Shown here piece by piece: positions 41,341-52,962 of a stretch of 64,000 nucleotides of DNA. Position 1 is the stretch's first letter. Each line of letters opens with the position of its first letter. Source of the DNA: an uncultured Acidimicrobiaceae bacterium (GTDB taxonomy: Bacteria > Actinomycetota > Acidimicrobiia > Acidimicrobiales > RAAP-2). The DNA lies in the NCBI GenBank assembly GCA_963755665.1, contig CAVWKU010000019.1, positions 5,202 through 69,201 on the forward strand, given 5' to 3'. The position numbers and the translations under genes are program-made. The notes beneath the pieces were generated by a model. The model ran no database searches, was not told the origin of the DNA, and was given only the letters and a program-made list of their open reading frames with translations.

Positions 41341-43348
41341 ATGATCCTTCAGAGCATCGAGACGCCCTCAGACATCAAGGACCTCAGCCAGGAGGAACTG
41401 CGTGACCCTGGCCGAAGAGATCCGGTCCTTCATCATCGAGTCGGTGACCACGACCGGTGGCCACCTGGGCTCGAACCTCGGCGCGGTCGAGCTGACGCTG
41501 GCCGTCCACCGGGTCTTCGACTCACCGCGTGACGTCATCTTGTGGGACACCGGGCACCAGGCCTACGTCCACAAGCTGCTCACCGGGCGCCGGTTCGGGT
41601 TCAAGTCCTTGAAGCAGGCCGGCGGCATGTCGGGCTACCCGAACCGGGCCGAGTCCGAGCACGACTGGATCGAGAACAGCCACGCCTCGACGTCACTCTC
41701 CTACGCCCACGGCATCGCCAAGGCGTTCACGCTCCGGGGCGAGGGCGGGGACCGCAAGGTCATCGCGGTCGTCGGCGACGGCGCCCTCACCGGCGGCATG
41801 GCCTACGAGGCCCTGAACAACCTGGGCCACTCCGGCTGCCGCGTCGTGATCGTCCTCAACGACAACGGCCGCTCCTACGCCCCGACCGTGTCACAGCTCT
41901 CGCAGAGCCTGACCAGCCTGCGGCTGAACCCGACCTATACCCAGACCCGCGAACGTCTGCGGACTCGCCTCCGCGGACTGCCCGGCTTCGGACCGCTGGC
42001 GTACTCGCGGCGTGCACTCGGTGGCCAGCGCGCTGCGCGAGATGGTGTCCCCGCACACGTTCTTCGAGGCCCTCGGCGTCCGCTACGCCGGGCCGATCGA
42101 CGGCCACGACATCGACCTGATGGAGCAGGCCTTCGCCCACGCCGCCGAATGGGACGGGCCGATCGTGGTGCACGTGCTGACGCAGAAGGGCCGTGGCTAC
42201 GGTCCGGCGGAACAGGACGACATCCAGCGCCTGCACGACGTGAAGGCGACGAAGGTCATCACGCTCGAGAACACCATCGGGAGCTCGGCCGGCACCGCCG
42301 TCGGCAGCTCGGCCGGGGCCGACGTGGGCGGGGTGGCCACACCCGGTTCGACCCCCGACGCCGAGGTGCACCAGTCACCCGGACGCGCCACGACCTACAC
42401 CGACGCCTTCTCCCGCGCCCTGCTCCAGGCGGCCGAGAACGACGCCCGCGTCGTCGCCCTGACGGCGGCCATGCCCGGGCCGACCGGGCTGCTCCCCTTC
42501 CAGGCCCGCTTTCCCGACGCGCTTCTTCGACGTGGGCATCGCCGAGCAGCACGAGGTCACCGCGGCCGCCGGCATGGCCATGGCGGGCATCCGCCCCGTG
42601 GTCGCCGTCTACTCGACCTTCTTCAGCCGCGCCTTCGACCAGGCCAACCTCGACGTGGGCCTGCACGGGAGCCCGGTCGTCTTCGTCCTCGACCGGGCCG
42701 GCATCACCGGCGACGACGGCCCGAGCCATCACGGGATCCTCGACATGGCCCTGGCGCTGTCCATCCCCGGCATGACCGTGTTCGCCCCCTCGGCGGCCGA
42801 GGAGGTGGCGCCCATGCTGCGCACCGCGCTCGAGCTCCCCGGGCCCTCGACCATTCGCTTCCCGAAGACGGCGCCCCGCCACGTGGACGAGAGCGAGGTC
42901 GGCGCCGGGCTGGCGGCCCGCAAGGTGCGCAGCGGCGACGGCTCGGTCTGCCTGCTCGGCGTGGGCAAGCTCGTGGCGGCCTGTATCGAGGCGGCCGACC
43001 TGCTGGCGGCCGAAGGCGTGGCCGCGACGGTGTGGGACGTGCGGGTGGTCGCACCACCCGACGCCGACATGCTCGCCGACGCCGGCCGTCACGCCCTCGT
43101 GGTGACCGCCGAGGACGGCGTCCGCCACGGCGGTGCCGGCGCCTTCGTCATCGACGCCATGGAGGTGCGCCCTCGAAGCGCAGGGCCGGCCCGGACCGGC
43201 CACCCGGATCCTCGGCGTGCCGCGCGAGTACCTGGCGCAGGGCAAGGCGGACGACATTCTGGACAGCCTCGGCCTCAACGGGAGCGGCATCGCCGAGAGC
43301 GTGCGGCGGGCCCGCCAGGCCGTGCCGGCCCGCCAGCGCCAGGGCTGA
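41341..43348 (+). CDS. dxs: 1-deoxy-D-xylulose-5-phosphate synthase (copy 1), about 4 frame changes
   Basis: [18 protein letters not shown]...[16 protein letters not shown]...[17 protein letters not shown] (ORF 41402..42775). [16 protein letters not shown]...[15 protein letters not shown] (ORF 42532..43785). Other pieces are in ORFs 42012..43427 and 43133..43348. Confidence 0.9.
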
Positions 43349-43386
43349 CGCCTTCCTCGTGCCCCTCAGGACCGGTTGGGTTCGCC

Positions 43387-44132
43387 TCAGGCCCGGTTGG
43401 CCCCGTTGGCCCGCACGAAGTCGTTGACGGCGTAGTACGCCTCGATCGATTCCCCGGCGTCGCCCCAGAATCCCTCGAGCACGTCGTAGGCCATCCGGCC
43501 CTCCTCGATGTAGTGGTTGTTGACGTCGGTGATCTCCAACTCGCCCCGGCCCGACGGCGCCAGCGTCGGGATGATGCTGAAGACGTCGGCGTCGAAGCAG
43601 TAGATCCCGGTGACGCCGAAGTTGCTGCCCGGCACCTCGGGCTTCTCCTCGATCCGCTCGACCCGGCCGTCGGCCGAGAGCACGGGCACGCCCAGGTGAC
43701 GCAGGTGCTCGGGCTCACTCACCGGCGTCAGGAGAATGCGGGCGCCGGTGGGGTTCGGCCCGGAACGCGTCCACCATCGGCTTGATGGAGCGCTCCATGA
43801 CGTTGTCGGCCAGCATCACCAGGACGGGATCGCCGTCGACGAAACGCTCGGCCAGACCGAGCGCCTCGGCGATACCCCCCGCCTGCTCCTGATAGCCGTA
43901 GGACAGCCGGTCGATCCCGAACTCGTGCCCGTTGCCCAGCAGGGGGAGGAACGAGCCGGCATGCGGCCCCCCGGTCACGAGCATGATCTCGTCGATGCCC
44001 GCATTGACGAGGGCTTCGATGGACCAGGCGATCATCGGCCGGTCCCAGATCGGGCAGCAGGTGCTTGTTCGTGATGCGGGTCAGCGGATAGAGGCGCGAG
44101 CCCGTTCCGCCCGCCAAGAGCACACCTTTCAT
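43387..44132 (-). CDS. Sugar-phosphate nucleotidyltransferase (RmlA-like, short form), 2 frame changes
   Basis: [27 protein letters not shown] (ORF 43728..44363). Middle piece in ORF 43715..44035. C-terminus [10 protein letters not shown]...[13 protein letters not shown] (ORF 43387..43722). Confidence 0.75.
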
Positions 44133-44310
44133 CGCATCCGTCCTTGGTCCGTGATCGTTTGCATCCCGAGTGCTTAGCCGACGCTGAAGGCACCCCGCGC
44201 AACCAGCCGCCCCGGGAGCCCCGCGCCGCCGTGCCGCCCCCGGGGCTCCCCGAGCCGCCCGAAATACCGCCGGGGCCCCCGTCGTTGTACCCACAAAGGA
44301 GAATTCGACC

Positions 44311-44758
44311 ATGTTCACCCGCAAGAGGGAAAAGCAGGACCCCGTGGAGTACGAGGTCACCAAGACCGAGGACGAGTGGAAGGCGGAGCTCTCCCCGGCG
44401 CGCTACCGGGTCCTCCGTCGGGCGGGCACCGAGCCGGCCTGGTCGGGTGAGCTGCTCCACGTCGAGGGCGAGGGTGTGTTCCGCTGCGCCGGATGCAACG
44501 CCGGCGCTCTTCGACGCCGACGCGAAATTCGAGTCCGGAACCGGATGGCCGAGTTTTGACCGGGCCACGGCCGCCGGCACCATCATCGAGCACCGCGACC
44601 GCACCTTCGGCATGCTGCGCACGGAAATACTGTGCGCCCGCTGCGGCGGACACCTCGGCCACGTGTTCCCCGACGGGCCCACCGACACCGGGTTGCGCTA
44701 CTGCGTCAACTCCTTGTCGCTGACCTACGAGCAGGAACCGGGCGCCACCCCGTCGTAG
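44311..44758 (+). CDS. msrB: Peptide-methionine (R)-S-oxide reductase, one frame change near 44500
   Basis: [16 protein letters not shown]...[10 protein letters not shown] (ORF 44311..44559), then [18 protein letters not shown]...[18 protein letters not shown] (ORF 44144..44758). Confidence 0.85.
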
Positions 44759-44759
44759 A

Positions 44760-45105
44760 GCGGCAACGGCTCGCACCAGCCGCCCTTCGACGACGGTCGA
44801 AGACGGCGGCCAGGTGCGCCGCCTCATTGTGCAGGCCCAGACGAGGAGGAGCGACTCGCCCAGGGCGAGCGCGCCGCAGATCTCGAAGACCTCGTCCTTC
44901 AGGAAATCGACGCGCGCCGAGAAGTGCGACGTCAGCCGCAACGCGAGAAGCACGCCCAGAGCCGACGACCACGATCGACGAAGCGCCCGCCAGGGTCGCC
45001 AGCGCCGAAAGGATTGCGCCACAGGCCCTGCACGAGGAGGGCCATCAGCCTGCCCGTGGTCCTCGCCACGGGCAGGCTGACCGAGGTGATCAGCCAGATC
45101 GGCAC
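44760..45105 (-). CDS. Possible small membrane protein translationally coupled to ssb (TGAGTG junction); frame uncertain
   Basis: A GTG immediately follows the inferred ssb stop. It reads VPIWLITSVSLPVA...LATLAGASSIVVVGSGVLLALRL (two hydrophobic helices) only if one frame change is allowed. No family recognised. Confidence 0.2.
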
Positions 45106-45106
45106 T

Positions 45107-45547
45107 CACGCCTCGGCCGGGACGGTTCCCAACGGCGCGCCGCCGGACTCGACGACCCCGTCGATCGACCGACAGGTCGACCGGCACGTGCCGCTCGGTG
45201 CGTTGCACGTCGGCCGTGGCGAACCGCAGGCTGGGCCCGATCTCGTCCGCCGTGATCTCGACCTTCGAACGGTGCTCGCCTTCTTCGGTCTCCCAGCTGC
45301 GCTGCTCGAGACGACCGGTCACCACGACGCGCATGCCCTTGGAGAGGCTCAAGGCGACATTCTCGGCCAGGTCCCGCCAGCACACCACGTCGAAGAACGA
45401 CGTCGCCTCCTGCCACTCCTGGGTGGTCCGGTCCTGCCAGCGCCGATTGACGGCGACCCCTAACTGGGTGGTCGCCTGCCCCTCCTTGGTGTAGCGGATC
45501 TCGGGTTCCCGGGTCAGATTGCCGGTGATCGTCGTGGTGTTGGCCAT
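45107..45547 (-). CDS. ssb: Single-stranded DNA-binding protein (orphan paralogue, no acidic C-terminal tail evident)
   Basis: GAGGAG + ATG at 45547. MANTTTITGNLTREPEIRYTKEGQATTQLGVAVNRRWQD...FFDVVCWRDLAENVA..GMRVVVTGRLEQRSWE is the OB-fold signature. The 3' end was inferred after a probable frame change near 45160. Confidence 0.75.
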
Positions 45548-45739
45548 GGGGTGCTCCTCGCTCTCGTCAGTCCCTCCGGCATGGCGGGAGGGTGACGACG
45601 AGCATGGGGAGGGGGGCTTGCCCAGAACCTTGCCCGACACCTTGCGTGACGGAATGATCCGCCCTCGGATTCCTGTCGTCAGCAACGATGCGTCAGCAAG
45701 GAGGCGACAGCAGCGATGCGTTCTGTACCGACGATGTCT

Positions 45740-45773
45740 AAAGTTGAACGCTAGAACTCTAGCGTTCAACTTT
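45740..45773. repeat. Conserved AT-rich palindromic hairpin P3 (perfect 16+2+16), downstream of ftsX and about 190 nt upstream of ssb
   Basis: AAAGTTGAACGCTAGA-AC-TCTAGCGTTCAACTTT. Confidence 0.75.
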
Positions 45774-45825
45774 CACGAGTCGGTGACGGCGGTAGTTGGC
45801 AGCGCGTAACCCGGATCACCGCCGC

Positions 45826-45862
45826 TACCGTCACGGCCGTTTACCGTCACGGCCGTTTACCG
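45826..45862. repeat. Tandem repeat, 16-bp unit TACCGTCACGGCCGTT, about 2.3 copies
   Basis: Read directly. Confidence 0.85.
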
Positions 45863-45925
45863 GCACCGCCGTTCGGGTGCGCCGCGTTCCGCCGCGCTCG
45901 ACCGAGCGGGACGCACCCGCGAGGG

Positions 45926-46816
45926 TCAGACGTCCAAGAAGCGCCGGATGGCGATGCCCGAGCCGAGCGAGCCGATCACCACGCCGACGAACACCACGAC
46001 GATGTCCGTCGAGAAGACCTCCCAGCCCGTCATATGCATGGCACTGAACACGTTGCTGGTGTTGTTGCCACCGCCGGCGTGGTTGATGAAGAGATAGAGG
46101 ATGTAGACCGCTGCCGCGGAGATCGCAGAGCCCAGCAGCCCTTGGATCAGACCCTCGGACATATAGGGCACCCGGATGAACCAGTTCGTCGCTCCCACCA
46201 GCTTCATGACCGAGACCTCGCGCCGCCGGGCGAAGATCGCCATGCGGATGGAATTGAGGATCAGGACGGCAGCCGAGACGATCAGGACGACAGCCACGCC
46301 CAAGAGGACCCACTTGAGGACGTTGATCACCTTCTCCTCGGTGTGGATCTGCTGGAGCGGTGCCGTCACCTTGGCGACGCCTGGCGTCCCGTTGAAGGCG
46401 GTGATGACCTGGCTTGGCGTCAGCCAGCGACACCGGAGTGCACCAGTACGAGGTCGGAAACTCGGACTGCGGTCGTGGCCTGCAGCACATCGGAGGGAAG
46501 GAGCTTGCGGGCCTCGCTGAAGTTGCGCGCCTTGTTCCAGTACACGCAGGGCTGGCGGACGTAGTTGAGCTGGGTCAACTGGGTCGGCGACCGCCCTGAT
46601 CTCCTGCTGGTTGGCGGCCGGCTCCATCCACACGGTGACCTGCGTCCCGCGCTCCCATTGGCCCGACGCGTTCGCCGCGCCCTGCCGCAGCAGGAGGGCC
46701 GCACCCACCAACGTGAGCGAGACCGCCACCGTGAGGATGGCGGCGATCGTCATCAGGCGGTTGCGCCACAGGTTCGATGCCGTCTCGCGCGCGACGTAGT
46801 CGACCGAGACGGGCAT
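45926..46816 (-). CDS. ftsX: Cell-division permease FtsX; a compensating pair of frame changes (about 46420-46570)
   Basis: N-terminus ETASNLWRNRLMTIAAILTVAVSL and C-terminus MAIFARRREVSVMKLVGATNWFIRVPYMSEG (ORF 45926..46816). The periplasmic segment NYVRQPCVYWNKARNFSEARKLLPSDVLQ is in ORF 46420..46704. Confidence 0.85.
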   Translation of the reverse strand: MPVSVDYVARETASNLWRNRLMTIAAILTVAVSLTLVGAALLLRQGAANASGQWERGTQVTVWMEPAANQQEIRAVADPVDPAQLRPPALRVLEQGAQLQRGPQAPSLRCAAGHDRSPSFRPRTGALRCRWLTPSQVITAFNGTPGVAKVTAPLQQIHTEEKVINVLKWVLLGVAVVLIVSAAVLILNSIRMAIFARRREVSVMKLVGATNWFIRVPYMSEGLIQGLLGSAISAAAVYILYLFINHAGGGNNTSNVFSAMHMTGWEVFSTDIVVVFVGVVIGSLGSGIAIRRFLDV

Positions 46817-47544
46817 CAGCCCACGCCTTCCATCGGCCCTTCCATCGGCCTGTTCGTGGTGCCGTCGATGCCGTACACGCCGCGGGCCTGGTCGCGCACC
46901 ATGATGCCGTTGCTCAACTCAATGACGCGCCGACGCATTTTGTCGACGAGCACTTCGTCGTGCGTGGCGATCACGACCGTCGTACCGGTGCGGTTGATGC
47001 GGTCGAGGAGCTGCATGATGCCCTGGCTCGTCTGCGGGTCGAGGTTCCCGGTCGGCTCGTCCGCCAGCAGGATCAGCGGACGGTTGACGAAGGCGCGGGC
47101 GACGGCCACACGTTGCTGCTCTCCGCCGGAGAGCTCGCCCGGCAGGTTGCCCGTCTTCTTGGCCAGTCCCACCAACTCGAGCACCTGGGGTACCTGGTTG
47201 GCCACAACGTGGCGGGGACGGCCGATCACCTCGAGCGCGAAGGCCACGTTCTCGAACACGGTCTTGTTCGGGAGCAGGCGGAAGTCCTGGAACACACAAC
47301 CGATGTTGCGGCGGAGGTACGGCACCCTCCACTTGGGGAGGTCGACGATGTTGCGGCCGGCCTCCCAGATCTGGCCCTTGTCGGGGAGCTCCTCGCGCAG
47401 CAACAGCCGGATGAACGTCGTCTTACCCGAGCCCGAGGATCCGACAAGGAAGACGAATTCGCCCTTGTCGATCTCGACCGATATGTCGCGCAGGGCGACT
47501 GTCGATCCCTTATAGGTCTTCGTGACGTTGTCGAATCGGATCAT
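46816..47544 (-). CDS. ftsE: Cell-division ATP-binding protein FtsE
   Basis: [13 protein letters not shown]...GSSGSGKTT...[14 protein letters not shown]...[11 protein letters not shown], uninterrupted. The ORF 46816..47835 upstream extension was discounted. Confidence 0.9.
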   Translation of the reverse strand: MIRFDNVTKTYKGSTVALRDISVEIDKGEFVFLVGSSGSGKTTFIRLLLREELPDKGQIWEAGRNIVDLPKWRVPYLRRNIGCVFQDFRLLPNKTVFENVAFALEVIGRPRHVVANQVPQVLELVGLAKKTGNLPGELSGGEQQRVAVARAFVNRPLILLADEPTGNLDPQTSQGIMQLLDRINRTGTTVVIATHDEVLVDKMRRRVIELSNGIMVRDQARGVYGIDGTTNRPMEGPMEGVG

Positions 47545-47668
47545 GGTCTGAGTGGTGGTGAAATCCTGAGTGCGCGGAGATGCTGCATAGAGCATCAATT
47601 CACTGTGCGGGATACTACCGGCCTCACATTGCGGTTTGGGGTCATACTCTGCGCCGCTGGTCAGCGGG

Positions 47669-48828
47669 TCAGCCCGCGACACTTCCGCGCTGGCGCCGCA
47701 GCTCGGCTTCCATGAACGCATCGAGGTCGCCGTCGAGCACCGCGGCGACATTTCCCGTCTCGTAACCCGTCCGCAGATCCTTGACCTGTTGATAGGGGGC
47801 CATGACGTAGGACCGGATCTGATTGCCCCACGCATTGTCGCCGCGGTCGCCGCTCAACGCGTTCATCTCGGCCTTGCGCTCGTGACGGGCGCGGTCCGCC
47901 AACTTGGCCCCGAGGATCTGCATCGCCTTCGCCTTGTTCTGATGCTGGCTGCGTTCGTTCTGGCACGACACCACCAACCCGGTCGGAAGGTGGGTGAGCC
48001 GCACCGCGGAGTCGGTCTTGTTGACGTGCTGCCCTCCGGCGCCCGACGAGCGATAGGTGTCGATGCGCAGCTCCTTCTCATCGATCTCCACCTCGCTCGA
48101 CACGTCCTCGAGGAAAGGGGTGACGTCGAGGGAGGCGAAGCTCGTCTGCCGTCGCTTCTGCGAGTCGAACGGCGACATGCGCACGAGGCGGTGCACGCCG
48201 CGCTCGGTGGCCAACAACCCGTAGGCGAAACGTCCGCGCACGATGAACGTCGCCGAAAGAAGTCCGGCCTCCTGGCCTTCGGTCTCTTCGTCCAACTCGA
48301 CCTTGAAGCCACGTCGTTCCGCCCACCGTTGGTACATGCGCAACATCATTTCGGTCCAGTCCTGCGCGTCGGTACCGCCGGCTCCCGCGTGCAACTCCAC
48401 CACGGCGTCGCGTTCGTCGTACTCACCGGAGAAGAGCGACTGCAGTTCGAGCGCGCCCAGTCGCTTGCGCAACGCGTCGACCGTCTCGACCAACTCCTTT
48501 TCGAGCGCAGCATCGGACGCGCCTTCCGCGTGCGACTCGTCGATCAGTTCCGACAGGGCGCGGGCGTCGTTGAGCTCGGCCCGCAGGCTGGTCAACTGCT
48601 CGAGGTCGGCCGTCACCCCGCCCAACTCGGTGGTGATGGCACGCGCCTGATCGGCGTCGTCCCAAAGGTCCGGGCGGGCCGCTTCGGCCTCCAACTCTTC
48701 GCGCCGCGCCAGCAGACGATCGAGGCCCAGGTACCGCTCGGCTTCGACCAACCGGCTTTGCGAATCGTCTAGTTCGGCCGCGAAGTCCCGGGGCGCCTCG
48801 GCCGAGCCGGCCTCAGGCGGCGCCATGG
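47669..48828 (-). CDS. prfB: Peptide chain release factor 2 (single frame, no programmed +1 frameshift site)
   Basis: SPF tripeptide context [10 protein letters not shown] and GGQ motif [19 protein letters not shown]. An ATG at 48828 would overlap the inferred secA stop. Confidence 0.9.
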
Positions 48829-51588
48829 CAGAACTTGAATTTCTTCCCGCTCCCGCACCAGCACGGATCGTTCCGGCCCACCTTCTCCTCGGGGGCTTTG
48901 ACGATGGGGACCAGAGCATCGGGGTCGGGGGCGTTCGGTCGCTTGACCAGAGCCTTGGCGCCGTTGGCGGCCCCTTTGTGGCAACACCTGTTCCACCGGC
49001 GCCACGTTGGCGCCCGTGTCGGCCGCCATCATGCCGACGAGCGCGCTGGTGTCGGCCACCGGGTCTTCGGCTGCCACGTAGACGGCGCGGTCGAGGTTGG
49101 GTTCGGCCGCCTGCTCCTGGACCGCCTCGACATGGAGGATGTAGCGCAGGTAGTCGTTGTCGATGACCTCGACGAGCTGACCGAACATGTTGAAGCCCTC
49201 GGACTGCCACGCGTTGAGAGGATCGGCCTGCACCGTCCATCGCAGATGAATGCCGTCCTTCAGGTTGTCCATTTCGGCGAGGTGGTCACGCCAGCGCTGG
49301 TCGATGATCTGCAACATCACGTCGCGCTCGATCTGGCGCATGGTCTCGGGCCCACCGGGCATGGACTCGGAGTGCTGCTCGTAGTACTCGAGCGCCTCCT
49401 CGACGATGCTCTCCACCAGATCGTCCGTGGTGGCCGCCTGCGTGAGATCCTCCACGCTGAACTTGGTCGGGTAGTACTGCGTCACCCCGTCGATCAGGCC
49501 CTTGAGGTCCCACTCCTCGGGGAACTCGCTGGGACAGAACTCGGCGACCTGCTTCTCCACGGCACCCGCCAGCAGATCCTCGGTGTGCTCCTCGAGGTCG
49601 TCGCCGTCGATGATCTGCAGGCGGCGCTCGTAGATGACCTTGCGCTGCTGATCCATCACCTCGTCGTACTTGAGGTTGTCCTTGCGCATTTCCGCATTGC
49701 GGGCCTCGACGGTGTTCTGCGCCCGCTCGATCGCCTTGGCCACCGTCTTGCTCTCGATCGGGACGTCGTCGGGCAGGGTGCGGCCCATGACCCAGCTCAT
49801 GGCGCCCGTAGCGAAGAGGCGCAACAGCTCGTCGTCGAGACTCAGGTAGAAACGGCTCTCGCCCGGATCGCCCTGACGGCCGGAGCGGCCACGCAGCTGG
49901 TTGTCGATGCGGCGGCTTTCGTGGCGCTCGCTGCCCAGGACGTAGAGGCCGCCGAGTTTGCGTACCTCCTCGCCTTCGGCACGGCAGCGTGCCTCGATGG
50001 CGCCCTGACGCCGCTTCAGCTCGACCTCGCCCTCGTCACTCGCGAGGTCGATCCCCTCGGCCTGCAGTTCGTGCTGAGCCAGCAATTCCGCGTTGCCACC
50101 GAGAATGATGTCGACACCTCGTCCCGCCATGTTGGTGGCGACGGTGACCCCGCCTCTGCGCCCGGCCTGGGCCACCACCTCGGCCTCCCGGAAGTGCTGC
50201 TTGGCGTTGAGGACGTTGTGCGGCACGCCCTCCTTCTCCAGAAGCCGGGAGAGCAGCTCGGACTTGGCCACCGACGCGGTGCCGACGAGGACGGGCTGCC
50301 CCTTCTCGTGGCGACCGATGAGGTCCTCGACGACGGCGTTGAACTTCGCTTCCTCGGTCTTGAACACGAGGTCGGCCTGATCGGCCCGGACCATGTCCTT
50401 GTTGGTCGGGATGGGAACGACCGAGAGCCCGTAGGTCCCGGCGAACTCACCCGCCTCCGTCTCGGCCGTGCCGGTCATCCCGGACAACTTCTCGTACATG
50501 CGGAAATAGTTCTGCAGCGTCACGGTGGCCCAGGTGTGGTTCTCCTCTTTGATGGCCACCCGCTCCTTGGCCTCGACCGCCTGGTGGAGCCCGTCCGACC
50601 ACCGCCGGCCGTCCAGGGTGCGCCCCGTGAACTCGTCGATGATCTTCACCTCGCCCCCGGCAACCAGATAGTCCTTGTCCCGCTTGTAGAGGTCCTTGGC
50701 CGTGAGCGCTTTCGTCAGTTGGTGCACGTAGTTGGTGGAGACCGCGTCATAGATGTTCTCGACACCGACCGCCTTCTCCACTTTCTCGATGCCCGACTCG
50801 AGGGGGACGACCGTCTTCTTCTCCTCGTCGACCTCGTAGTCGACGTCACGCGTGAGGGTGCGGGCGATGGAGGCGAACTGGTAGTACAGCTGGGCTGCCT
50901 CGTCGGCCGGACCCGAAATGATGAGTGGCGTCCGCGCCTCGTCGATCAGGATGGAGTCGACCTCGTCGACGATGGCGAAGACATGGCCCCGCTGGGCCAT
51001 GCTCTCGCGGGAGCGGGCCATGTTGTCGCGCAGGTAGTCGAAACCGAATTCGTTGTTGGTCCCGTAGGTGAGATCGGCCGCATACGCGGCGCGCTTCAAC
51101 GCCGGATCGTCGATGTCGGCACCGATCCGTCCGACGGTCAGACCCAACCACTTGTGGAGCCGGCCCATCCACTCGGAGTCGCGGGTGGCCAGGTAGTCGT
51201 TCACGGTCACCACGTGCACCCCGCGCTGGTCGAGCGCGTTGAGGTAGACGGGCAACGTGGAGACGAGGGTCTTGCCCTCACCGGTCTTCATTTCGGCGAT
51301 CCATCCGAAGTGCAACGCCATGCCACCCATCAGCTGCACATCGAAGTGACGCTGCCCGAGCACCCTCCAGGCGCCTTCGCGCACCACGGCGTAGGCCTCG
51401 ATCAGCAGGTCGTCGAGCGTCTCTCCCTGATCGAGTCGTTCCCGGAACTCGACCGTCTTGTGTGCCAGCTCGGCATCGCTGAGGGCCTGCATTTCGGGCT
51501 CCAGCGAGGAGATCGGCTCGACGAGCTCGACCAGGCGCCTGACCTTCTTGCCCTCGCCGGCCTTCAGAACCTTGGTGAACACACTCAT
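48813..51588 (-). CDS. secA: Preprotein translocase ATPase SecA; one frame change near 48985 before the zinc-binding tail
   Basis: ORF 48769..51588 has the full motor domains ([39 protein letters not shown]). After the shift the C-terminus reads [25 protein letters not shown] and stops at 48813. Confidence 0.95.
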
Positions 51589-51790
51589 GACTGCACGATC
51601 CTACCGGTCCGCTGGGCAACGGAGGGCGTCGTAGCCACGTGAATGTTGTCGGGGCTGCGTGCGGCTGACCTGGTCTTTGACCCCACACTCGCCTGCTGCA
51701 AGGTTGACGTGCCGGCACCGGCGGTCCGTGGGCGTCACCGCCCCCGGACCCAACGGCTCCTTTATGGCACGCATCGCCTCGTCGCCACCG

Positions 51791-51836
51791 GCCCCCGAGG
51801 GTCGGGGGCTCGTTGGGCAGGGCTTACTTCTAAGCC
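51791..51836 (-). terminator. Two adjacent hairpins downstream of glnII
   Basis: GCCCCCGA-GGG-TCGGGGGC (51791-51809) and GGCTTA-CTTC-TAAGCC (51821-51836), about 115-160 nt after the glnII stop. No clear U-tract. Confidence 0.3.
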
Positions 51837-51950
51837 GCACCATGCTCAGCAACCACAAGTTGCCTTACGTGGGTCGTTTTGCCTGCGACTGGCCTCGACT
51901 TGCAACCACAGACCCGCACGCAGCCCGGATCAAGTGTAGGTGGCCACGGC

Positions 51951-52962
51951 CTACGTACCCGCCGCGTCACCACAGACGGTCTCGACCAGCAGCCGGCTGA
52001 CCACATAGGGATCCATGTTGGCGTTGGGACGCCGGTCCTCCAGCCACCCCTTCTTGGCCTTGGCCACGGCCCAGGGGATCCGGATCGAGGCACCACGGTC
52101 GGATGTCCCATAGCTGAACGTGCTGAAGTGCGCCGTCTCGTGCGCGCCGGTGAGCCGTGATTCGATCCCGACGCCGTAGTTGGAGACGTGCTCCTCGACC
52201 CGCCGGCCAATGGCCTCGCAGCCTGCGATGATGGCGTCCCAGCCACCGTCTTCGCGCATGGCCTTGGTCGAGAAGTTGGTGTGCGCTCCGGCACCGTTCC
52301 AGTCGCCGAGGACCGGCTTGGGCTCGAGCGTGGCGTAGACGTCGAAATCCTCCGCGATACGGAAGAGCAGCCAGCGGGCCACCCAGAGGTGGTCACCGAT
52401 GAGCGGCGGTGGCGAGCACCCCGATCTGGAACTCCCACTGCCCCATCATGACCTCGGCGTTGGTGCCCTCGATCCCCAGCCCGGCCTTCATGCAGGCGGC
52501 CGTGTGGCGCTCGACGATCTCGCGGCCGGGCATTTTGTCGCCGCCGACACCGCAGTAGTAGGGGCCCTGGGGAGCGGGAAAACCCAGCTCGGGCCACCCC
52601 ATCGGCCGACCGTACTGAAAGAACGTGTACTCCTGCTCGATCCCGAACACCGGCTCCTGATCGGCGTACTTCTCCGCCGCCTCGGCGCAGGCGCGCCGTG
52701 TGTTGGTGACATGGGGGGTCATGTCGGTGAGCAGCACCTCGCACATCACCAACTTGTCGCCCTCGGCCCGGAGGGGGTCGGGGCAGACGAAGACCGGCTG
52801 CAGCACGCAGTCCGAATCGTGCCCTACCGCCTGGTTCGTGCTGGATCCGTCGAATCCCCAGATCGGAGGCTCTTTGCCGTCCTCGACGATTTTGGTCTTG
52901 CTCCGGAGAAGCGGTGAAGGCTCCGTTCCGTCGATCCATATGTATTCGGCCTGATAACTCAT
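51951..52962 (-). CDS. glnII: Glutamine synthetase type II (eukaryote-like GSII), one frame change near 52390
   Basis: AGGAG + ATG at 52962. MSYQAEYIWIDGTEPSPLLRSKTKI...GPYYCGVG (ORF 52393..52980). NGAGAHTNFS...SIRIPW (ORF 51951..52382). Confidence 0.85.

Noticed and set aside
45740-45773. Conserved palindrome as a LexA/SOS box, parS, dif or CIRCE/HAIR operator (ssb and xthA are nearby)
   Set aside because: It does not match the actinobacterial LexA box TCGAAC-N4-GTTCGA, the parS consensus TGTTTCACGTGAAACA, CIRCE or HAIR. Two of the three copies sit at gene 3' ends rather than in promoters.
47669-48828. Programmed +1 frameshift in prfB
   Set aside because: The gene reads in one frame, and there is no CTT TGA motif at the equivalent position.
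48835-51642. 935-aa ORF on the plus strand
   Set aside because: It is a shadow ORF antisense to secA with low-complexity Val/Leu/Gly/Asp/His-rich content and no motifs.
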